From: an uncultured Chitinophagales bacterium
GTDB lineage: Bacteria; Bacteroidota; Bacteroidia; Chitinophagales; BACL12
DNA: 64,000 nucleotides
Direction: 5' to 3'
NCBI GenBank assembly: GCA_964638865.1
Contig: CAZXBG010000002.1
Coordinates: 24,427-88,426, forward strand
Shown: one piece after another, positions 58,914 through 64,000 of the stretch
Numbering within the stretch: the stretch's first letter is position 1
Layout: each line of letters opens with the position of its first letter
Made by a program: the position numbers and the translations under genes
Notes under the pieces: generated by a model
Seen by the model: only the letters and a program-made list of their open reading frames with translations
The model's database searches: none
Told to the model about the DNA's origin: nothing

Positions 58914-58921
58914 CAAAGATA
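58914..58921 (-). promoter_or_regulatory. Candidate Bacteroidota -7 box (TAnnTTTG) of the metal-uptake operon
   Basis: The minus strand reads TATCTTTG about 16 nt upstream of the SBP ATG. Confidence 0.4.
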
Positions 58922-58925
58922 TAAA

Positions 58926-58943
58926 TTTTAGACTAATCTAAAA
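58926..58943. promoter_or_regulatory. Candidate DtxR/MntR-type operator
   Basis: TTTTAGA-ctaa-TCTAAAA, a perfect 7-bp-arm palindrome 5 nt upstream of the -7 box. The TTAG..CTAA arms recall the DtxR box half-sites. Confidence 0.45.
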
Positions 58944-58975
58944 AATAATTTTGTTTATTTTAAAATATTTCCAAA

Positions 58976-59404
58976 TTGAAAGTCCTTAATTTAGCGCCAC
59001 AAGTGAAAAATCCATTTATTCCGGGTGACATAAAAATTTACAGTAAGGTGGTTCATAGCTCCGAAATTGCTGCCTTTGAGAGCGGAATGGTGCATCCATT
59101 ATATGCAACATTTTATCTTACTAAGGATGCAGAATGGAGCACTAGGCTTTTTGTTTTGGAAATGAAGGAAGAGGATGAAGAGGGAATAGGAACTTTTATT
59201 GAAGTTTACCATCGTTCGCCGGTTTTGGTGGGAAGTAAGGTGGATTTTTATGCAACTTTGGACGAAGTGGAAGGTAATGCCATAATTTGTTCTTTTAGTG
59301 CTAAAGTTGGTGACAGAGTAATTGCAGATGGACGCACCGGGCAAAAGATTTTAAAGAAAGAGAAACTGAATGCGGTTATTGCGCGTTTGGAAGAGATGGG
59401 CTAG
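58976..59404 (+). CDS. Hotdog-fold thioesterase family protein
   Basis: About 140 aa. ..SSEIAAFESGMVHPLYATFYL.. and ..VGSKVDFYATLDEVEGNAIICSFSAKVGDRVIADG.. fit FlK-like thioesterases. TTG start uncertain. Confidence 0.55.
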   Translation: MKVLNLAPQVKNPFIPGDIKIYSKVVHSSEIAAFESGMVHPLYATFYLTKDAEWSTRLFVLEMKEEDEEGIGTFIEVYHRSPVLVGSKVDFYATLDEVEGNAIICSFSAKVGDRVIADGRTGQKILKKEKLNAVIARLEEMG

Positions 59405-59464
59405 GGGCGGTAGGGTGTCGGGATAGGACTGATAAGAACTCAAATTTTATTAATTCAATTTAAA

Positions 59465-59938
59465 TTGGCAAAAGATAAAAAGGAATATAACAACGTTAAC
59501 ATCAGCAACAAAAGGGCAACCTTTGAGTATGAGATTCTGGATAAATATTCGGCTGGGATTATTTTGCATGGAAGTGAAATAAAAAGTATTCGGGATGGAA
59601 AAGTAAATTTAAGTGATGCGTTTTGTTTTTTTAAGGGAGATGAACTGTGGATCAAGAACCTGAATATTTCCGAATTTAAACAAGCTACCATTTGGCAACA
59701 TGAACCATTGCGCATTCGTAAATTATTACTCAACAGAAAAGAACTCAATAAATTATTGGCGAAGGTGAAGGAACGTGGCTACACAATTGTTCCCTTGCGG
59801 ATGTTCCTTACTGAGCGTGGCTTTGCCAAAGTAGAAATAGCCTTATCGAAAGGAAAAAAAGTGTACGACAAACGCGAATCCATTAAGAAAAAAGACGAGC
59901 AAAGAGATCTGGACAGAACAATGTTGAAATATAAATAG
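59465..59938 (+). CDS. smpB: SsrA-binding protein
   Basis: ..NKRATFEYEILDKYSAGIILHGSEIKSIR.. and a basic C-terminal tail. TTG start. Confidence 0.93.
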   Translation: MAKDKKEYNNVNISNKRATFEYEILDKYSAGIILHGSEIKSIRDGKVNLSDAFCFFKGDELWIKNLNISEFKQATIWQHEPLRIRKLLLNRKELNKLLAKVKERGYTIVPLRMFLTERGFAKVEIALSKGKKVYDKRESIKKKDEQRDLDRTMLKYK

Positions 59939-60002
59939 CAATTTTCAATTGAAAATTACCTGAATCCTTACATAGCATTCTCACAAAGCACCACAAAACT
60001 CA

Positions 60003-60578
60003 TTACGGTAAAATAACCTCAAACTTCAATTCGTAGTTAACATTAAGTGAATTAGCAATTGAATCCATTGTATAATTATCGGAATAACTCACTTCAAAGG
60101 TCATATCATTATAAGCTAATCGCGGAATGTCGTAAACTAACACATCTGCAAATAATCCTGTAAGGTCCATATACACTGCAGTTTTGTTCTTATCATCATC
60201 ACCCCAATACCAGAAACTCGTTTTAGAGCTCTGAGATAAAGGATCACCGTTATCAATATTATTATAACTTTCTGAAGAAAACACCTCTCCATCAGCCTTT
60301 ACCTCCATAGTGAATGCATAAGCAGCCGAGGATGTTACGCCATTAATAGTGGTATATAGATTTGTTCCATCGAAAGTATACTCTACGTTTATATCTTCTC
60401 CGTTTAAGGTTTCTACGGAAGTTCCGTTAAAACTTACCAGTTTCCAGTTCTGTGTAAGGCGGGCATCACGCGAATGAAAGGTCAAAAAAGGGTCGTTTTC
60501 TCCTTTTTTACAGCTTGAAATGGCAAATGCAGCAACTGCTAAAACAATAATGGTTGTTATACTCCGTAATTTTTTCAT
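60003..60578 (-). CDS. Lipoprotein of unknown function (lipocalin-like)
   Basis: ISSCKK lipobox. The ..TQNWKLVSFNG.. motif is common in Bacteroidota lipocalin-like lipoproteins. Confidence 0.5.
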   Translation of the reverse strand: MKKLRSITTIIVLAVAAFAISSCKKGENDPFLTFHSRDARLTQNWKLVSFNGTSVETLNGEDINVEYTFDGTNLYTTINGVTSSAAYAFTMEVKADGEVFSSESYNNIDNGDPLSQSSKTSFWYWGDDDKNKTAVYMDLTGLFADVLVYDIPRLAYNDMTFEVSYSDNYTMDSIANSLNVNYELKFEVILP

Positions 60579-60701
60579 ATTCGATTTTTGTTTGTCCCGA
60601 TTTCTAAAAGGGGATTATAATTTTTTTTGACTAAACAGGCGCAAAGGTAATTAATAACAGCTACAAAGATTGGATACCATTCAAAATAGTTGCAATCAGT
60701 C

Positions 60702-60730
60702 AAAAAAAAATCCCGGCACAAGGGCCGGGA
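60702..60730 (-). terminator. Rho-independent terminator
   Basis: On the minus strand: TCCCGGC-ccttgt-GCCGGGA followed by T9. Confidence 0.8.
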
Positions 60731-60754
60731 TAGTTGTAAAATATTTTTGTTTGA

Positions 60755-61567
60755 TTACCAATATACAATAAGATTTACACCGCCATAACTGTTTACGTTT
60801 ACGCCGCTCAAACTGTTTTTGTATTCTCCGCGGTCTGCCGCTGTTGTTGTAGTGGTAACGCCTCCGGTTGTAAATGTACTTTCCATATCGTTAGTCCATT
60901 CTCCGCCCGAATTCAACATTGCAAAACCTAAACCAACCTCTCCGCCTATAGAAATATTGTCACTGAAGAAATAATTGAATCCTCCTAGCACATTTAACGC
61001 AAATCCTAATCCTCCCGGATACGCAACATCTTGAGTAAAGGAAGTAGAATATCCATCACCTGTTATATCAGAACTTAAGGAATAGTCAACACCGGTAAGC
61101 ATTGCAAACATGATCTCTGCCCCTAAATACGGATCAACCTTCGTAGCGGAAGTTTCCATATGTTTTTCGAGCCCTGCCCCTAATCCAAAGGTAAAACCAC
61201 TTACTTTTTCATCTGTTTCTGCATATTCCAATGGAAAACCGGTGGAATCACCCATAAAAGTGGAAATAGATATACTGTTAATTCCTAAGGTTAATCGACT
61301 TGCCAGCCCATTTTCGTAATATCTTTTATACATCAGAGTATTTTGCGGAATAAGCGCATCAATTGTTACCGGATATCCTTCCAGTACAAATGCCGGGTCA
61401 GAAATTGGAGCACCTGATATTGCTGTTGAGCCGAAATTGCCAAACATTACATTGGAAATACCAGTTACATTAAATCCTAAACCAGAAGTACCTGCTTCAG
61501 GGAAATTCTGTGCCGATGCACCCGAAACAGTTGCAACTACAGCAATTATGATCATGATCTTTTTCAT
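60755..61567 (-). CDS. Outer-membrane beta-barrel protein (porin-like)
   Basis: Signal peptide, alternating G/aromatic strands, terminal ..GGVNLIVYW. Confidence 0.6.
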   Translation of the reverse strand: MKKIMIIIAVVATVSGASAQNFPEAGTSGLGFNVTGISNVMFGNFGSTAISGAPISDPAFVLEGYPVTIDALIPQNTLMYKRYYENGLASRLTLGINSISISTFMGDSTGFPLEYAETDEKVSGFTFGLGAGLEKHMETSATKVDPYLGAEIMFAMLTGVDYSLSSDITGDGYSTSFTQDVAYPGGLGFALNVLGGFNYFFSDNISIGGEVGLGFAMLNSGGEWTNDMESTFTTGGVTTTTTAADRGEYKNSLSGVNVNSYGGVNLIVYW

Positions 61568-61718
61568 ATTGATAGGTTTTATTTTGAGGCAAAATTATAC
61601 TTTCACCGTAAATTCAGTCGTATAGGCCACCAAAGTTGCTCACGTAATTTTTTTGGAATAGTAGGTTTTGTTATACAACCATTAAAAAAAAAGGCCATTT
61701 ACTTTTATTTGGGAACTA

Positions 61719-62378
61719 TTAAAATATCTTTCCCGGTAACATTGGCACAAATCTGAAGTTGTCACCCATTTCCTTGCGGTAATCGTTTTCTGAAGTTTTT
61801 GTCATTTTTATCATGAGCTGATCATCAACATTACCCAATGGCAACACAAATATGCCTCCGGTTTTTAATTGTTTGAGCAGTTTTTGTGGAATTTCTTTAG
61901 CCGCCGCAGTTATAATTATCCTGTCGTAGGGTGCACTTTCAGGAATTCCTTCATATCCATCTCCAAAAAATAATTTTATCGATTTGCTGTATCCCAATAA
62001 ACTTATCTGCTGTTTTGCTGTGTCGTGCAGTTTTTTAAAACGTTCAATGGAAAACACTTTCACCCCCATTTCAGCAAGAACACAAGCCTGATAACCGCTT
62101 CCTGTGCCTACTTCCAAAACTTTCATGCCCGGTTCCAGCTCAAGCCATTCAGTCATATAGGCAACTGTATAGGGCTGACTTATTGTTTGTCCCTCCCCAA
62201 TGCGAAAGGCTTTATCTTCATAGGCGTGTTCCAAAAAAGCTTCGTCCATAAAACTGTGTCTAGGTATGGCGTTTATTGCAGCCAATACACGTTCATCTGC
62301 AATTCCTTTGTTGCGAAGCACCTCCGTTAGTTCCTGGCGCATGCCTTTATGGCGATAAGTATCAAATTTCTGACTCAA
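61719..62378 (-). CDS. pcm: Protein-L-isoaspartate O-methyltransferase
   Basis: ..GQTISQPYTVAYMTE.., VLEVGTGSGYQ SAM motif, ..YDRIIITAAA... Confidence 0.9.
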   Translation of the reverse strand: MSQKFDTYRHKGMRQELTEVLRNKGIADERVLAAINAIPRHSFMDEAFLEHAYEDKAFRIGEGQTISQPYTVAYMTEWLELEPGMKVLEVGTGSGYQACVLAEMGVKVFSIERFKKLHDTAKQQISLLGYSKSIKLFFGDGYEGIPESAPYDRIIITAAAKEIPQKLLKQLKTGGIFVLPLGNVDDQLMIKMTKTSENDYRKEMGDNFRFVPMLPGKIF

Positions 62379-62625
62379 TCTGCTTAATTAAAAAAAAGTT
62401 ACAATAAAATTAACCGGAATTTGGAAATTCTACAACACTTATTCGTTCATTTCCGGTGCAAATGAAAACCCTTTTTTCAAGTTGCTTTCCACTTTTGATC
62501 AATAATTATCAACAATCGGTATTTTACTGCTTGAAATAAAAAACGGGTAATTAATTTTACAGGCACGAATTTTGAAAATCAGGGTTGCACAAAATTTAAT
62601 AAATCAAAAACCAGTTCTACAAATT

Positions 62626-63486
62626 ATGAATTTGCTTAAAAAACTCTTTTTACCGGTTGCTATTCTCCTTACTACAGTATTAAACGGACAGCAAACTATA
62701 GGTCTCAATGCACAAAGAACCTATGACATTACTCCGGCAGATTACGGCCTTATTTTCGATACCATACGTATCGCAACCGACGACGGTGCAAGTTTATTTG
62801 CATGGCATTTATATCCGGGTGAAAAAAATGATAAATCCTCCAAAAAATCTGTCATAATTAGTCACGATGGAAATGTGAATATGGCAAATGGCCTCGAACA
62901 GGCCGGTAAATTTCTTGGTTTAGGTTTTCATGTGTTTATGTACGATTATCGCGGTTTCGGTAAAAGCAGCGATTTTAATGTAAGCAGCAAATTTTTTATC
63001 TACCAACAATTTGCAACAGATCTTACTGCGGCAGTTGAATATGTTAAAAAATACCACGCCCTGTTATCAGTCGATCTTTATGGATGGGGAATTGGCGGCG
63101 GACTTTCACTCGGTGTTGGTGCTAATAATTTAAAAGTGCATCGCGTTATTGCCGATAATCCATACTCCACCTTCGAAACTGTTCAAAATCGCTACGAACA
63201 AAAATCAGGCACGCGTATCATGATGCCCATCGGTTATAATGTTTCTTTATTGGAACCAAAAATGGCACTCATCGATAAAGGCGATCACCTTCGCGCAATA
63301 TTATTGATCATTGGCGAACAGGGAAATATTATGACCTATGCCGACATGCTCGAATTACAAGCCATGAAGAAAAAAGTAACAACTATTTACACCGTAAAAG
63401 GAGTGGATAACGATAAAAATTTCAGCAGCAATCGCGACGAATATTTTAAACAAATTAAAGCCTTCTACGAAAAGTCGGCAGATTGA
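62626..63486 (+). CDS. Secreted alpha/beta hydrolase
   Basis: Start at MNLLKKLFLPVAIL. ..YDYRGFGKS.. and a nucleophile-elbow-like YGWGIGGG. Confidence 0.65.
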   Translation: MNLLKKLFLPVAILLTTVLNGQQTIGLNAQRTYDITPADYGLIFDTIRIATDDGASLFAWHLYPGEKNDKSSKKSVIISHDGNVNMANGLEQAGKFLGLGFHVFMYDYRGFGKSSDFNVSSKFFIYQQFATDLTAAVEYVKKYHALLSVDLYGWGIGGGLSLGVGANNLKVHRVIADNPYSTFETVQNRYEQKSGTRIMMPIGYNVSLLEPKMALIDKGDHLRAILLIIGEQGNIMTYADMLELQAMKKKVTTIYTVKGVDNDKNFSSNRDEYFKQIKAFYEKSAD

Positions 63487-63500
63487 GCCATAAATAATTT

Positions 63501-63597
63501 GGGCGTTCCCTGCGGGCCGGGCTTTCCGCTCCAAGTCCTCTCCCGATAAATATCGGGATGCGGGCTTTCCGCTACAATCCCTAACGCAGCGTTTTCG
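63501..63597. repeat. GGGCTTTCCGCT-word composite repeat with central 8-bp palindrome
   Basis: gcgggccgggctttccgctccaagtcc (63512-63537) and gcgggctttccgctacaatcc (63560-63581) flank TCCCGATA-aa-TATCGGGA (63541-63558). Confidence 0.7.
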
Positions 63598-63635
63598 ACC
63601 AAATTATAATTTCATTTCCACAAAATATTTTTTAA

Positions 63636-63666
63636 AACCATCTGCTTTTAACAGGTGGTTTTTTTA
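63636..63666 (+). terminator. Rho-independent terminator
   Basis: AACCATCTG-cttttaa-CAGGTGGTT (one G.U pair) followed by T-rich run. Confidence 0.7.
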
Positions 63667-63704
63667 TTTATATCTTTAGCACTCAATTAAACTTGACATT
63701 AATT

Positions 63705-64000
63705 ATGATCCAGATAAAATTCGGCACCGACGGATGGAGAGCCATCATAGCAAAAGAATTTACCACCGATAATGTTGCTCGTGTTGCAAAAGCAACCGCC
63801 TATTGGGTGAAACAAATTAGTAAAGAACCGTCAGTGGTAGTTGGTCATGATTGCCGTTTTGCAGGTGAATTATTTGCTGAAGTAACAGCAAAAGTCTTAT
63901 GTGCAGAAGGCGTTAAAGTATTTATCGCAAAAGATTTTATTTCTACTCCAATGATAAGTTTGGGTGCACACCAATTAAATGCAACCGCAGGAGTAGTAAT
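63705..64000 (+). CDS. Phosphoglucomutase/phosphomannomutase family protein (3' end outside window)
   Basis: The MIQIKFGTDGWRAIIAKEFTTDNV.. N-terminus is typical of alpha-D-phosphohexomutases. The ORF is open to the window edge. Confidence 0.8.
   Translation, partial: MIQIKFGTDGWRAIIAKEFTTDNVARVAKATAYWVKQISKEPSVVVGHDCRFAGELFAEVTAKVLCAEGVKVFIAKDFISTPMISLGAHQLNATAGVV

Noticed and set aside
1-64000. Prophage, integrative element, IS/transposon, toxin-antitoxin or known defence-system gene sets.
   Set aside because: No integrase, transposase, recombinase, nuclease/helicase/ATPase defence signature or phage structural gene could be recognised. Gene content is chromosomal housekeeping plus secreted cargo.

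Overview
AT-rich chromosomal segment that reads as Bacteroidota. Eight proteins end in YPNPA-type T9SS sorting domains or the gliding-type (type B) C-terminal domain, and a TAnnTTTG-type -7 box and typical Bacteroidota intergenic repeat words are present. I count about 50 protein genes. I saw no rRNA, tRNA, CRISPR array, transposase, integrase, phage block or recognisable defence system. All family calls come from motif recognition by eye; no search was run.

Gene content:
- Housekeeping: dnaE, dnaX, trxA, gpmI, nadC, smpB, pcm, a 2-oxoacid dehydrogenase E2, a SUI1 factor.
- Catabolism: tyrosine (hppD, hmgA) and proline (proline dehydrogenase).
- Lipid genes: an LtaS-family transferase coupled to a DgkB-like kinase, and a PlsC-type acyltransferase.
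- Two two-component systems.
- A Tro/Znu-like metal ABC importer operon with an embedded outer-membrane barrel and a permease-DtxR fusion, plus a separate DtxR repressor.
- A DUF3494 ice-binding lipoprotein.
- Many secreted propeller/FN3 T9SS cargo proteins.

Most unusual observations:
1. At least 13 intergenic tandem arrays of locus-specific 7-8 nt words sit against CDS boundaries. They resemble cyanobacterial STRR repeats.
2. A four-helix-bundle (23S-rRNA-IVS-protein / Avd-like) gene lies in a cassette bounded by ~43-nt inverted arms. The cassette exactly fills the hmgA-hppD junction.
3. dnaX has an A9 run just after clamp-loader domain III, and both shifted frames hit TGA within 4-6 codons.
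4. Three consecutive genes (thioredoxin-like T9SS protein, OMP, HMA protein) each carry nonsense plus frameshift lesions (two of the three frameshifts in homopolymer runs), while all neighbours are intact.
5. A perfect 174-bp tandem duplication rich in hairpins.

None of these can be called a new system from sequence alone. Each finding lists a decisive test.
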